From an uncultured candidatus Porisulfidus sp. (lineage in GTDB: Bacteria; Pseudomonadota; Gammaproteobacteria; Poriferisulfidales; Oxydemutatoraceae), in NCBI GenBank assembly GCA_965215125.1, contig OZ244052.1, positions 640,001 to 704,000 on the forward strand: DNA of 64,000 bases, read 5' to 3'. This document shows positions 50,941-61,181 of this stretch, piece by piece. The translations under genes and the position numbers were made by a program. The notes beneath the pieces are model-generated. The model ran no database searches, had not been told where the DNA came from, and saw only the letters and a list, made by a program, of their open reading frames with translations. Every line of letters starts with the position of its first letter. The first letter of the stretch is position 1.

Positions 50941-51390
50941 TCAGCGGCAGTTTGACGGCAAATACTTGGAATCTATAGGGTCGGATTCGCTTTGATCGTG
51001 GCTACAAACCCAACGCAAGGATCCCGTTTCGGGTACCGCCGTCAACAACAATGCTTTGCCGGCAACCGCTTCGGAGACACTTTCGGACAAAGTCAATTTG
51101 ATCATCGCCCTGCTATCGTCGTCTCCTTCCTTCCGATAGCCGATTGCAGAAATATATTCGGTATTAAAAGTAGTGTCTATCCCTGCCACATCGGCATTCT
51201 CAGGCAATTCTGCCATCGTGATATAGTACTCGGAAACCATTACTTTTAAGGAACTCGCAACATTCATAGCTTCGGAAATTTTGGCTCGCACGGTATAATC
51301 TTGATAGGTCGGTATAGCTAAAGACAACAGTATGCCTACTATCGCTATAGCAATCATCAATTCTATTAATGTAAAACCTTTAATTTTCAT
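50941..51390 (-). CDS. pilA: Type IVa major pilin
   Basis: MKIKG|FTLIELMIAIAIVGIL...PTYQDYTVRAKISEA; C-terminal WVC...KYLPSNCR disulfide loop; GAGGAG upstream of ATG 51390. Confidence 0.92.
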   Translation of the reverse strand: MKIKGFTLIELMIAIAIVGILLSLAIPTYQDYTVRAKISEAMNVASSLKVMVSEYYITMAELPENADVAGIDTTFNTEYISAIGYRKEGDDDSRAMIKLTLSESVSEAVAGKALLLTAVPETGSLRWVCSHDQSESDPIDSKYLPSNCR

Positions 51391-51515
51391 GCTTAATCTC
51401 CTCATAAAGTCAACAGTCCTATTATCCGATTTAGAGAGTTATCTGAAGCCCAATAAAAATAAACGGTCATATATTTCCGACGAACGGTAGTTAATTCTTC
51501 AAAAGATCCCCGAAA

Positions 51516-53123
51516 ATGCGTATCGCTCTAGCACAACATCCTTATAAAATGGCCGATATAGACGGCAACACATTACGCATATTAAAAGCCGTACGAGAAG
51601 CGCATACTCGAAATGCGCGCTTGGTTGTATTCCCGGAAATGGCAATCACCGGATACCCTGCCGACGATCTTTTGTTGCGCACCGACTTTCTAAACAAGAC
51701 GACGCAAGCACTCGAGTATTTAGCAAAACAATCACCCTCTGATATCGATATTATCGTAGGTGCACCGTGGCAAGAAGCCGATAATTTATACAACGCAGCG
51801 ATACATATCTCGAACAATCGTATAATCCATTGCTACTGTAAACGTCACCTACCCAACTACGGTGTGTTCGACGAATATCGGCACTTTAAGCCCGGCGATA
51901 AAAGTTATGTATTCAAAATAGACGATTTATCGATAGGGGTGACGGTGTGTGAGGATATTTGGCATTCCGCTCCCGCGCTCGAAGCCGCACGATCAAACGC
52001 AGACCTTATAATCAATATCAACGCATCACCTTTTGACATCGGCAAACAAGACCAACGCGACCGAATACTACAAGAGCGAGTTGCTCAAACGAAAACACCC
52101 ATCTTGTATCTGAATCGCGTCGGCGGACAAGACGAACTCGTGTTTGACGGAGATAGCAGAGTGATTTCCGCACAAGGTCGCAATATACTACGCGCACCGA
52201 CCTTTGAAGCAGATGTTTATTTCTTGGAAATAGACAACGGTCGGTTATCGTCGCAAACCCAAGCCCGAACACCAAGCCGAATTGTCAATATACGACGTGC
52301 ATTAACTATGGGACTCAAAGATTATGTAGAAGATCACGGTGCCGCAGGTATTGTTATCGGATTATCGGGAGGTATCGATTCAGCCGTCACACTGGTAGTT
52401 TCGGTTGAAGCCTTAGGCACAGCTAAGGTACGCGCCTTGATGATGCCGTCTCCGTTTACCGCCGCAAGTAGCATAGAAGATACTCGTATCTTGACAAGTA
52501 AACTAGATGTCGCCTTGCAAGAAATTCCGATTACAGACTTATTCGAAAAGATGAAACAAGTGCTCAAACCGGCCTTCGGGGATTTACCTCCCGATAAAAC
52601 CGAAGAAAATATACAAGCACGTCTGCGAGGCAACCTGTTAATGGCAATCGCTAATAAGCACGGATTGATGGTTGCAGGCACTTCCAACAAAAGCGAGATC
52701 GCAATGGGTTATACCACGCTTTACGGGGACTCGGTAGGTGCGTATGCACCGCTCAAGGATGTATCTAAAACTCTAGTTTATGAACTCGCACAAGATTACA
52801 ACAAGGACGAGACTATTATTCCTCGGCGCATCATAGACAGACCACCGACTGCCGAATTAGCCGAAGGACAACTAGACACCGACAGCCTACCACCTTACGA
52901 AATACTAGACCCCATACTAGAAAAAATAATAGATTGCGATGCCACCGTAGAATCACTCGTCTCGGAAGGCTACCGATACGAGTTGGTTTCAACGATATGG
53001 AAAGCAGTGCTTGCCAGCGAATACAAACGTCGCCAAGCACCGGTAGGACCGAAAATCACATCCCGCGCTTTCGGTAGAGAACGACGATATCCGATTACCT
53101 GTTATAATTACTCCGATAAATAA
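51516..53123 (+). CDS. nadE: Glutamine-dependent NAD+ synthetase
   Basis: Nitrilase domain (FPE, KRHLPNYGVFDE, CEDIW) fused to synthetase (GLSGGIDS, ENIQARLR, NKSE, SEYKRRQ). Confidence 0.96.
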   Translation: MRIALAQHPYKMADIDGNTLRILKAVREAHTRNARLVVFPEMAITGYPADDLLLRTDFLNKTTQALEYLAKQSPSDIDIIVGAPWQEADNLYNAAIHISNNRIIHCYCKRHLPNYGVFDEYRHFKPGDKSYVFKIDDLSIGVTVCEDIWHSAPALEAARSNADLIININASPFDIGKQDQRDRILQERVAQTKTPILYLNRVGGQDELVFDGDSRVISAQGRNILRAPTFEADVYFLEIDNGRLSSQTQARTPSRIVNIRRALTMGLKDYVEDHGAAGIVIGLSGGIDSAVTLVVSVEALGTAKVRALMMPSPFTAASSIEDTRILTSKLDVALQEIPITDLFEKMKQVLKPAFGDLPPDKTEENIQARLRGNLLMAIANKHGLMVAGTSNKSEIAMGYTTLYGDSVGAYAPLKDVSKTLVYELAQDYNKDETIIPRRIIDRPPTAELAEGQLDTDSLPPYEILDPILEKIIDCDATVESLVSEGYRYELVSTIWKAVLASEYKRRQAPVGPKITSRAFGRERRYPITCYNYSDK

Positions 53124-53327
53124 GAAGAATTGGGGTTGTTTTCGTAAAACCACGATGTAAACTACGAGCCGTACTTTCACACAATACAACCGTAACGCCA
53201 TTCGCCTTTAATATTCGTATTATTTCCAATAGCCATAAATAGCTAAATCTTGTATGACATGACCTTTCTTGTGCTACTGCGACAAGGAACGGTTATCTGG
53301 AGCAAGTGGTGGTTCTGTTCAGCAGAC

Positions 53328-54188
53328 TCAATATCTCTTCTTGATACGCAATTTCTCTAGAATCACGTCGGTCAAGTTGCTAAATCCGGACATCCAATTT
53401 TTTTGTTCCTGCTCGCTAACTTGTGCCAACCCCTTTAAGTTAGAAACGGCGTAATTCGGGTAGTTGTATTCCAAAACTCTAAGCGTATCGCCGGCGAGGT
53501 CACTGGAATCTATCTGCTTATACGCTTGCGCCATGAGTAGTAGACCGTCGGGTGTATGCTGGGCACCGTCGTATCTCTCAAGCATATATTTCATGCGATT
53601 GATCGTTGCTAAATAACTGCCTTGTCTATAATAAAAAAGTGCAACGCGAATCTCGTGAACCGCCAACATGTTGCGTAGTACGACCAGGCGTCTTCTAGCT
53701 TCTTCGCGATACGCGCTATCGGGAAAACGTTGATACAGGGTTTTGAAAGTCTCAAAGGACTCTTCCAAAGGTTTGGGGTCTCTTGCGGTGCGGTCGCGAG
53801 GAATAATAAAATCCAAAAAATGCTTGCCGTAATTAAAATGTGCCAAACCTTTCAAATAATAAGCGTAATCCAAATAAGGGTGGTTGGGATTATTTTTTAT
53901 AAACTGATCGGTCATCACCGCAGCGGTTTCGGCATCGTCGGATTTATAACTTGCATAAGCTGTTTCAAGCAAGGCGGCGTTTGCAAAAGGACTAAAAGGA
54001 TAATCCTTTTCCAGTCTTTGGTATTTCTCCAACGCGGCGGGGTAATTACCTTTCTCTAAACTCTCTCTAGCCGTGCGATAGATAATCTCGGCTTCCTCGT
54101 CCTCGCTCTTTTCGTCGAACCACGAACAACCCGAAACAATCAGAGCAAGGTTAAGTAAAACTATAAAAAGTAGATATGATAATCGCAT
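53328..54188 (-). CDS. bamD: Outer membrane assembly lipoprotein BamD
   Basis: Lipobox VSGC, YPFSPFA, HPYLDYAYYLKGL, LAVHEIRVALFY; divergent from rluD. Confidence 0.95.
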   Translation of the reverse strand: MRLSYLLFIVLLNLALIVSGCSWFDEKSEDEEAEIIYRTARESLEKGNYPAALEKYQRLEKDYPFSPFANAALLETAYASYKSDDAETAAVMTDQFIKNNPNHPYLDYAYYLKGLAHFNYGKHFLDFIIPRDRTARDPKPLEESFETFKTLYQRFPDSAYREEARRRLVVLRNMLAVHEIRVALFYYRQGSYLATINRMKYMLERYDGAQHTPDGLLLMAQAYKQIDSSDLAGDTLRVLEYNYPNYAVSNLKGLAQVSEQEQKNWMSGFSNLTDVILEKLRIKKRY

Positions 54189-54236
54189 CTCTCACGGTAG
54201 AATGTTATTGATAGTTGTATTATATCGCTTCTTGCT

Positions 54237-55199
54237 ATGTCCGATAAAAAATTAACTGCCACATTGCCGGCACATTGTACAGGATTAAGGCTGGATAAAG
54301 CATTGTCCGAATTGTTTACGGATTATTCGCGAAGTTTTCTGCAGCATTGTCTTATAAAAGGCTTGATTCTAGTCAACGGACATGCCGCACAAGCCAGCGA
54401 TAAAGTATCGGGTGGCGAACAGATCACTTTTGAGTTACCGGCATCTGCTCCCGAAAAACCGGTGGGCGAAGCACTTCCCCTAGACATCGTCTTTGAAGAC
54501 GAATACCTAATAATTGTTAACAAACAAGCGGGCGTTGTAGTGCATCCCGCTGCCGGACACCACTCCGGGACACTACTGAATGCACTATTGCATCACTGCC
54601 CGGAATTAGTAGCACTACCACGCTGCGGCATAGTTCATCGGCTGGATAAAGACACCAGTGGCTTATTGGTAGTAGCAAAAAACCGAGCGGCGCATTGGGA
54701 ATTGGTCAAGCAATTACACAATAAAAAGATGGTACGTCACTATACTGCCTTAGCGCGAGGGCAATTTATCAGCGGCGGAAGTATAGAAGCTGCAATCGGT
54801 CGCCATTCGGTAGATCGCAAGCGCATGGCAGTAGTGCAAACCGGTGGTAAAGCTGCGATCACTCACTACCGTATCGCGCATAGGTATAGCTCGCATACCC
54901 GACTTGATATCACACTTGAAACCGGACGTACTCATCAGATTCGTGTGCATCTATCGCATATACACCATCCGTTATTCGGCGACACACTATACGGAGGTGC
55001 CTATCGTCCGATTAAAGGGTGGCAACAACAACACCTAGACAAACTAAGAAATTTCAACAGACAAGCGTTACACGCAAGCCGATTGAGCTTAAAACATCCG
55101 CAGCACAGTGAATTGTGCCACTATCAATCCGATCTGCCCGACGATATGAAGACCCTGTTCAAATTATTCGACGAAAATGAAAAAAACACAACCGATTGA
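54237..55199 (+). CDS. rluD: 23S rRNA pseudouridine synthase RluD
   Basis: S4 domain (RLDKAL..SRS), GIVHRLDKDTSG, LETGRTHQIRVH, RQALHA. Confidence 0.96.
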   Translation: MSDKKLTATLPAHCTGLRLDKALSELFTDYSRSFLQHCLIKGLILVNGHAAQASDKVSGGEQITFELPASAPEKPVGEALPLDIVFEDEYLIIVNKQAGVVVHPAAGHHSGTLLNALLHHCPELVALPRCGIVHRLDKDTSGLLVVAKNRAAHWELVKQLHNKKMVRHYTALARGQFISGGSIEAAIGRHSVDRKRMAVVQTGGKAAITHYRIAHRYSSHTRLDITLETGRTHQIRVHLSHIHHPLFGDTLYGGAYRPIKGWQQQHLDKLRNFNRQALHASRLSLKHPQHSELCHYQSDLPDDMKTLFKLFDENEKNTTD

Positions 55200-55950
55200 C
55201 GATTATTTTTCCAACGGTTTTCTATGGCCGAATTGGCCGGTTTCAGAACGCGTAAAAGCGTGCATCAGCACGCGATTAGGCGGGCATAGCCTACCTCCTT
55301 ACGACAGCATGAACATCGCTTTGCATGTAGGAGACGACGAACTCAATGTAATCAAAAACCGTTGCGACCTTAAAAAACGCCTCGATCTGCCCTCCGAACC
55401 TGCTTGGTTAGAACAAGTCCACGGCAATAAGGTCGTTATAGCCGAGCAAGGTCGTTTCCCTTGCCAAGCCGATGCCACCGTCAGCTTTGAGGCAGGTTAT
55501 GTATGTGCCATTATGGTTGCAGATTGCCTACCGGTATTATTTTGTGATCGATCGGCAACCCGCGTCGGTGCCGCACACGCCGGCTGGCGCGGTCTAGCTT
55601 CGGGCATTTTAGAAAATACGGTCGAGGCACTGGATTGCGATCCTGCACAACTCCATGCTTTTCTAGGTCCGGCGATAGGTCCGGATGCCTATCAAGTCGG
55701 TGATACGGTGCGCAACATATTTCTAAGCCGGCACGATCAATACACACTCTGTTTTTTGCCTGACAACCGCGGTGCATGGAGAGCGAATTTATACCGATTG
55801 GCACAACTAAAGCTACGAAGCGTCGGTGTACGAAACATCAGCGGCGGTCTACACTGTACCTATTACGACCACAAACATTTTTTTTCCTATCGGCGCGAAA
55901 CCGATACCGGACGTATCGTTGCATTGATCTATTTGTCAACCTCTCGTTAA
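55177..55950 (+). CDS. pgeF: Peptidoglycan editing factor PgeF (YfiH)
   Basis: WLEQVHG, ADCLPV, AHAGWRG, FFSYRR. Confidence 0.95.
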   Translation: MKKTQPIDDYFSNGFLWPNWPVSERVKACISTRLGGHSLPPYDSMNIALHVGDDELNVIKNRCDLKKRLDLPSEPAWLEQVHGNKVVIAEQGRFPCQADATVSFEAGYVCAIMVADCLPVLFCDRSATRVGAAHAGWRGLASGILENTVEALDCDPAQLHAFLGPAIGPDAYQVGDTVRNIFLSRHDQYTLCFLPDNRGAWRANLYRLAQLKLRSVGVRNISGGLHCTYYDHKHFFSYRRETDTGRIVALIYLSTSR

Positions 55951-55994
55951 GATGTGATGCACTCTCTTCTATAGGAGAGGAATATCGAATCTCA

Positions 55995-56022
55995 CTTGAA
56001 AACAACAATCCGAACGCCATAT
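55995..56022 (+). promoter_or_regulatory. Putative sigma-32 promoter of clpB
   Basis: CTTGAAA-N13-CGCCATAT upstream of clpB. Confidence 0.7.
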
Positions 56023-56041
56023 TAAATTGTCGGAGAATAAT

Positions 56042-58621
56042 ATGCGTTTTGATAAATTGACAAATCGGTTCCAAACGGCGTTGCAAGATGCCCAATCGTA
56101 CGCGTTGAATCATAACCATCAGTTCATTGAACCTTTGCATCTATTGCATCATATGTTAAATGAAAACGACGGCACGGTGATGCGACTGTTGGCACAGTGC
56201 GGCACCGATATAGAACAGCTAAGGCAAAAAGTCGAAGATGAAATCGACAGGTTGCCCACCGTTGAGGGTGTACCGGGTGAAGTCCATATCTCTCAGGATT
56301 TAGCTAAAGTATTGAATGTCTGCGAACAACTGGCAGGGCAATACAAAGACAGCTATATCGCTTCCGAATTATTTCCGTTGGCATTACTAAAAGCCAAGAC
56401 CAAGGAGAGCCGCTTGCTCTCTCAAGCAGGACTGGAAATTACCAATTACGAACAGGCACTACAACAAATCAGAGGCGGCGAGTCGGTTGACGATGCAAAC
56501 ACCGAAGACCAACGCGAAGCATTACAACGTTATACGCAGGACCTCACCGAAAGTGCCAGACTAGGCAAGCTAGATCCGGTGATCGGGCGCGACGACGAAA
56601 TACGCCGCGTCGCTCAGGTACTGCAGCGTAGAACCAAAAACAACCCGGTTTTAATCGGTGAACCGGGAGTCGGAAAAACTGCCATTGTCGAAGGATTAGC
56701 ATTGCGTATCGTCAACCGAGAAGTACCCGAGGGTCTGATAGGCAAAAAGCTACTGAGCTTGGATATGGGCGCATTGATTGCCGGTGCCAAATATCGCGGC
56801 GAGTTCGAAGAAAGGCTCAAAGCGGTGCTAAAAGAATTGCAACAAGAAGCCGGCAATGTCATTCTGTTTATAGACGAACTACACACGATGGTCGGCGCAG
56901 GCAAAAGCGAAGGGTCTATGGATGCCGGCAATATGCTAAAGCCTGCGCTGGCACGCGGTGAACTGCGCTGTTTGGGAGCAACCACACTAAACGAATACCG
57001 TCTTTATGTAGAAAAAGATGCCGCTCTGGAACGTCGCTTTCAAAAAGTTTTAATAGACGAACCGAGCATAGAAGATACCGTTGCGATTTTGCGCGGACTA
57101 AAAGAACGCTACGAAGTACATCACGGCGTCGAGATTACCGACCCTGCCATCATCGCAGCGACACGCCTTTCGCATCGTTATATCAGCGATCGCCAGCTAC
57201 CGGACAAAGCGATAGATTTGATAGACGAGGCGGCTTCTCGCATCCGTATGGAAATTGATTCCAAACCCGAAAGCATGGATAAGCTGGACCGTCGATTGAT
57301 ACAGCTTAAGATAGAGCGAGAAGCCTTGAACAAAGAAAACGACGAAGCCTCCAAGAAACGTCTCAAGGACTTAAACGAGCAGATTACCGAACTTGAAAAA
57401 GAATACGCCGATTTGGAGGAAATATGGAAATCCGAAAAAGCTGCGATGCAAGGTACGACGACAATTAAAGAAGAACTGGAACAAGCGCGCATCGCTTTAG
57501 ATGCCGCTCACCGCGAAGGTGATTTGGCAAAAATGTCCGAACTGCAATACGGGATGATTCCGGAACTGGAGAAACGTTTGGAGACTGCACGCAGCGAACC
57601 GCAATCATCCGACTCACAAACAACGCGCCTATTACGCAGTCGAGTGACGGAGAACGAAGTAGCCGATGTGGTATCCAAATGGACAGGTATACCGGTGAGC
57701 CGTATGCTACAAAGCGAAAAAGAAAAATTACTCAATATGGAACAAGAATTGAGCCGCAGAGTGATCTCGCAACAAGAAGCGATAACGGCAATATCGCAAG
57801 CGACCCGTCGCGCCCGTGCAGGCTTGGCGGATCCTAATCATCCAAGCGGTTCTTTCATGTTCTTAGGTCCTACCGGTGTAGGGAAAACCGAGTTGTGCAA
57901 AGCGTTGGCAGCTTTTTTATTCGATAACGAACACGCGGTGGTCAGACTTGATATGTCCGAGTTCATGGAAAAACACTCGGTCGCCCGCATGATCGGTGCG
58001 CCACCCGGCTATGTAGGCTACGAGCAAGGCGGTTATTTGACCGAAGCGGTGCGCAGACGACCTTACTCGGTCATCCTGCTGGACGAAATCGAAAAAGCGC
58101 ATCCCGAAGTCTTTAATATATTGTTGCAAGTTTTAGACGACGGACGCCTAACCGATGGACAAGGCCGAACCGTAGATTTCAGAAATACCGTGATCGTGAT
58201 GACCTCCAATTTGGGTAGCGATTTGATACAAGAAAAAACCGGTGCCGACTACGACGAAATTCGTTTAGATGTAATGCAGATTGTGCAGAAAAGTTTCAGA
58301 CCGGAATTTCTCAATCGTATCGACGAGATTTTAGTCTTCCACTCGTTGAATATGGAAGATATACGGAAAATCTGTGTCATACAGATTGAACAGTTAAAGC
58401 AACGTTTGAGCAACCACGAACTTGGATTAGAGATCAACGATGCGGCGATAGACTGGCTCGCTCAACGCGGCTTTGACCCGGTATACGGTGCGCGCCCTCT
58501 CAAACGCACGATACAGCACGAATTAGAGAATCTGCTATCGGAAAAACTACTCAAAGGCGACTATGTCGCCGATGATATCATCAGAATCGAGGTTGAGAAC
58601 AACCGACTGGCCATACGGTAG
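56042..58621 (+). CDS. clpB: Chaperone ClpB
   Basis: Two AAA modules ([16 protein letters not shown]), middle coiled coil, GARPLKR; GGAG upstream of ATG 56042. Confidence 0.98.
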   Translation: MRFDKLTNRFQTALQDAQSYALNHNHQFIEPLHLLHHMLNENDGTVMRLLAQCGTDIEQLRQKVEDEIDRLPTVEGVPGEVHISQDLAKVLNVCEQLAGQYKDSYIASELFPLALLKAKTKESRLLSQAGLEITNYEQALQQIRGGESVDDANTEDQREALQRYTQDLTESARLGKLDPVIGRDDEIRRVAQVLQRRTKNNPVLIGEPGVGKTAIVEGLALRIVNREVPEGLIGKKLLSLDMGALIAGAKYRGEFEERLKAVLKELQQEAGNVILFIDELHTMVGAGKSEGSMDAGNMLKPALARGELRCLGATTLNEYRLYVEKDAALERRFQKVLIDEPSIEDTVAILRGLKERYEVHHGVEITDPAIIAATRLSHRYISDRQLPDKAIDLIDEAASRIRMEIDSKPESMDKLDRRLIQLKIEREALNKENDEASKKRLKDLNEQITELEKEYADLEEIWKSEKAAMQGTTTIKEELEQARIALDAAHREGDLAKMSELQYGMIPELEKRLETARSEPQSSDSQTTRLLRSRVTENEVADVVSKWTGIPVSRMLQSEKEKLLNMEQELSRRVISQQEAITAISQATRRARAGLADPNHPSGSFMFLGPTGVGKTELCKALAAFLFDNEHAVVRLDMSEFMEKHSVARMIGAPPGYVGYEQGGYLTEAVRRRPYSVILLDEIEKAHPEVFNILLQVLDDGRLTDGQGRTVDFRNTVIVMTSNLGSDLIQEKTGADYDEIRLDVMQIVQKSFRPEFLNRIDEILVFHSLNMEDIRKICVIQIEQLKQRLSNHELGLEINDAAIDWLAQRGFDPVYGARPLKRTIQHELENLLSEKLLKGDYVADDIIRIEVENNRLAIR

Positions 58622-58715
58622 AACTGTCATTGAGCCGGTAGGTCGATCGGCGTAACATTGTGCAGAACCTTAATACATACTACAAAATGTAAAGCCTTTC
58701 TATGGGGTGGCTTCA
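58619..58715 (+). repeat. Palindromic repeat family 1 copy filling the whole clpB/plsY gap
   Basis: TAGAACTGTCATTGAGCCGGTAGGTCGATCGGCGTAACATTGTGCAGAACCTTAATACATACTACAAAATGTAAAGCCTTTCTATGGGGTGGCTTCA; tail matches 19735-19769. Confidence 0.9.
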
Positions 58716-59294
58716 TCCCTCCGTGCCGGCGATTAAGTTTTTTATATTTTGCCGGTGTCGTATAACAACCAAAACCGACATTAGAACCGATATAGCAATC
58801 AATTGATAGGCGGCGGATTGCCACCCTAGTAGCAACGGGGCTACGGCACACATCGTCATACCACCTACCGACGAATGTCTAAAAATACCGACCAAGACAA
58901 GCCACCCTCCTACCCACATCAATGCTGCCAAAGGTTGCACGCCGATTAAAACTCCCAAATAAGTTGCCACACCCTTGCCTCCTTTGAAGCCATGATAAAT
59001 AGGGAAGAGATGACCCAAAAATACAGCCAAAGCAATCCCGGCTATAACCCGATCGTCCATATTCAAATGGACGGCAATGCCTAGAGGTATTGCAGACTTT
59101 GCCGCATCGCCTATAAATGTCGCCATCGCTGCCGACCAGCCCCCTACACGCACTACATTGGTAGCACCGGGATTACCCGAACCCACACGCCGAGGATCCT
59201 CCGAACCCGATAATCTACACACAATAACGGCAAAAGTGATAGAGCCTATCAGATAGGCACCGACTATATATGCTATTTCAGTCCACATATTCAA
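58713..59294 (-). CDS. plsY: Glycerol-3-phosphate acyltransferase PlsY
   Basis: YLIGS, GSGNPGATNV.R, GHLFP...FKGGKGVAT, RHRQNI..LIAGTE. Confidence 0.96.
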   Translation of the reverse strand: MNMWTEIAYIVGAYLIGSITFAVIVCRLSGSEDPRRVGSGNPGATNVVRVGGWSAAMATFIGDAAKSAIPLGIAVHLNMDDRVIAGIALAVFLGHLFPIYHGFKGGKGVATYLGVLIGVQPLAALMWVGGWLVLVGIFRHSSVGGMTMCAVAPLLLGWQSAAYQLIAISVLMSVLVVIRHRQNIKNLIAGTEG

Positions 59295-59449
59295 CTCCGA
59301 TTTTCAAAGGATTATACTGCTACTTTTGAGGTTGGCAAACATAGGCGGTAATTCATGTAAAATATGTTTGTATTGTTTGATAGCTTAAATAACTTAGAAC
59401 ACACGGGTACCCTACATAAATCTTATCTTGATCGGAAGAATATAAAGCA

Positions 59450-60223
59450 ATGTTTATAGAACGTAGTGGCAAGGGACCGAATATAGTTTTACTGTCCGGT
59501 TGGGCGATGACTCGTTATTGTTGGCATCAGTTGATACCGGTTTTGGAGAAGCACTATGAAACGATACGAGTGGATCTACCCGGACACGGCGACGGCTGCG
59601 GTAGTTGCTTTTCCTTTTCCAGAATGGACGAATTAATTACCGAGCTGTCCGATCTATGCGAGGCGGGAGCCACATGGGTCGGATGGTCGCTGGGCGGACT
59701 GCTCGCACAACATGTCGCACAAATATATCCGCATAAAGTCAAACGCCTGATTTGTGTCGGAAGCGCAGCTTGTTTTCTGCAGAAAAACGACTGGGCGGAA
59801 GGAATCTCGGAAGAGAACTTTAATCAATTCTTGAAAATCTTCGAGGCCGATAACTCCATTGCACTAGAACAATTTCTGACTTTGCAAGTCGTAGATTCCG
59901 AAAACGCAAATGAAACTTTTAAGATATTAAAACTACTACTATCAAACAACTACGAACCTAGAGAATTAATCGCTGCCCTCGAACTACTGCGCAGCCAAGA
60001 TATGCGTAAAGCGATTGCCAATTATAAATGTCCGGTATTATTCATCGGCGGTGATGCCGATAGATTAGTGAGTGCAAACAACCTTAAAGCATCCTCTACG
60101 CTCGCCTCTCGAGGAGAAGTTAATATCATTGCAAAAGCGGGACATGCTCCGATGATCTCCCACTTTGAAGAGTTTAGCGAGCAATTAATCGAATATCTGG
60201 GTAGAGCCGATGCATATCAATAA
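59450..60223 (+). CDS. bioH: Pimeloyl-ACP methyl ester esterase BioH-like alpha/beta hydrolase
   Basis: SGWAM, VDLPGHG, GWSLGG, D.LV, AGHAPMISH; coupled to bioC. Confidence 0.88.
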   Translation: MFIERSGKGPNIVLLSGWAMTRYCWHQLIPVLEKHYETIRVDLPGHGDGCGSCFSFSRMDELITELSDLCEAGATWVGWSLGGLLAQHVAQIYPHKVKRLICVGSAACFLQKNDWAEGISEENFNQFLKIFEADNSIALEQFLTLQVVDSENANETFKILKLLLSNNYEPRELIAALELLRSQDMRKAIANYKCPVLFIGGDADRLVSANNLKASSTLASRGEVNIIAKAGHAPMISHFEEFSEQLIEYLGRADAYQ

Positions 60224-60989
60224 AACGGGGGTGGGTCGCTCTTTTAACAACGCTGCCGAAAATTACGACAGCTACGCAGGCTTGCAACAAAAGACCGCTT
60301 GCGACTTAATCGCTTTGGTAGAAGAGTATGCGCCGGATGCGCGTATAGCTATCGATGTAGGCTCGGGAACAGGCTACGGTGTACGGCTACTCAATAACAA
60401 GCTCCCCGATGCGATGGTGGTTGCCGTAGATATAGCACCGGCAATGATACAACGATCTTCCGGTGTACATAAAGTCTGTGCCGACGCAAACCAACTACCG
60501 TTTAAGCGTACATGTGCCGACCTAATCTATTCGAGTGCTTTCGTGCAATGGTGCGATACACCTAAACAGCTGTTTGCACACTTAGCGGAATTGCTCATTC
60601 CCGGTGGCTGGTTCATTTTTTCTACCTACGGTCCTAAAACCCTGCATGAATTAAAAACGAGTTGGGCGGAGGTAGACAACTTCCCGCATACATTGGAATT
60701 TCCATCGGCTGCAAAACTAAGAAAGATACTTGCGATGAGCGGCTTTATAGTCTACAACTGCAGACGCAGCATGGAGATTGTTTATTACCAAGGCGTCGAT
60801 GCCTTACTCGGTAATCTTAAAGGTTTGGGGGCACAAAATAAACGCAGCGACCAACGACAAGGATTAACACCGTCATCTAAACTGCAACGGATGAAAGACT
60901 ATTATCAAAAGCACTACGGCATACAAAATTTAGTGCCGGCTAGCTACGAGATCCTACTATTCTCGGCTCGTCTACCCCACCATAAATAA
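60210..60989 (+). CDS. bioC: Malonyl-ACP O-methyltransferase BioC
   Basis: SFNNAAENYD..A.LQ, DVGSGTG, VDIAPAM, QW, STYGPKTLHELK.SW, LKGLGA. Confidence 0.92.
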   Translation: MHINKTGVGRSFNNAAENYDSYAGLQQKTACDLIALVEEYAPDARIAIDVGSGTGYGVRLLNNKLPDAMVVAVDIAPAMIQRSSGVHKVCADANQLPFKRTCADLIYSSAFVQWCDTPKQLFAHLAELLIPGGWFIFSTYGPKTLHELKTSWAEVDNFPHTLEFPSAAKLRKILAMSGFIVYNCRRSMEIVYYQGVDALLGNLKGLGAQNKRSDQRQGLTPSSKLQRMKDYYQKHYGIQNLVPASYEILLFSARLPHHK

Positions 60990-61181
60990 ACTATGGCTCG
61001 TTCGAGCAAGTAAACTTATGCTCTTTTTGCACTGATTTGTCCAATATGTCATGGCATCGTACATGGCATTGTAAATTAGCGCATATGAGGTATCATACAG
61101 CTTGAACGGCCTTGTAACATCAAGTCAATAAGTCGTTTTATTTTCAAATATGCTATTTAATGTTGCTTTTAGGAGAATAAT

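Noticed and set aside
59333-59372. Inverted repeat CAAACATA...TATGTTTG upstream of bioH as a BirA operator
   Set aside because: Half-sites and spacing do not fit TGTAAACC-N14-16-GGTTTACA; at most a generic hairpin.
61052-61080. TGGCA motifs as a sigma-54 promoter
   Set aside because: No TTGC at the required -12 spacing.
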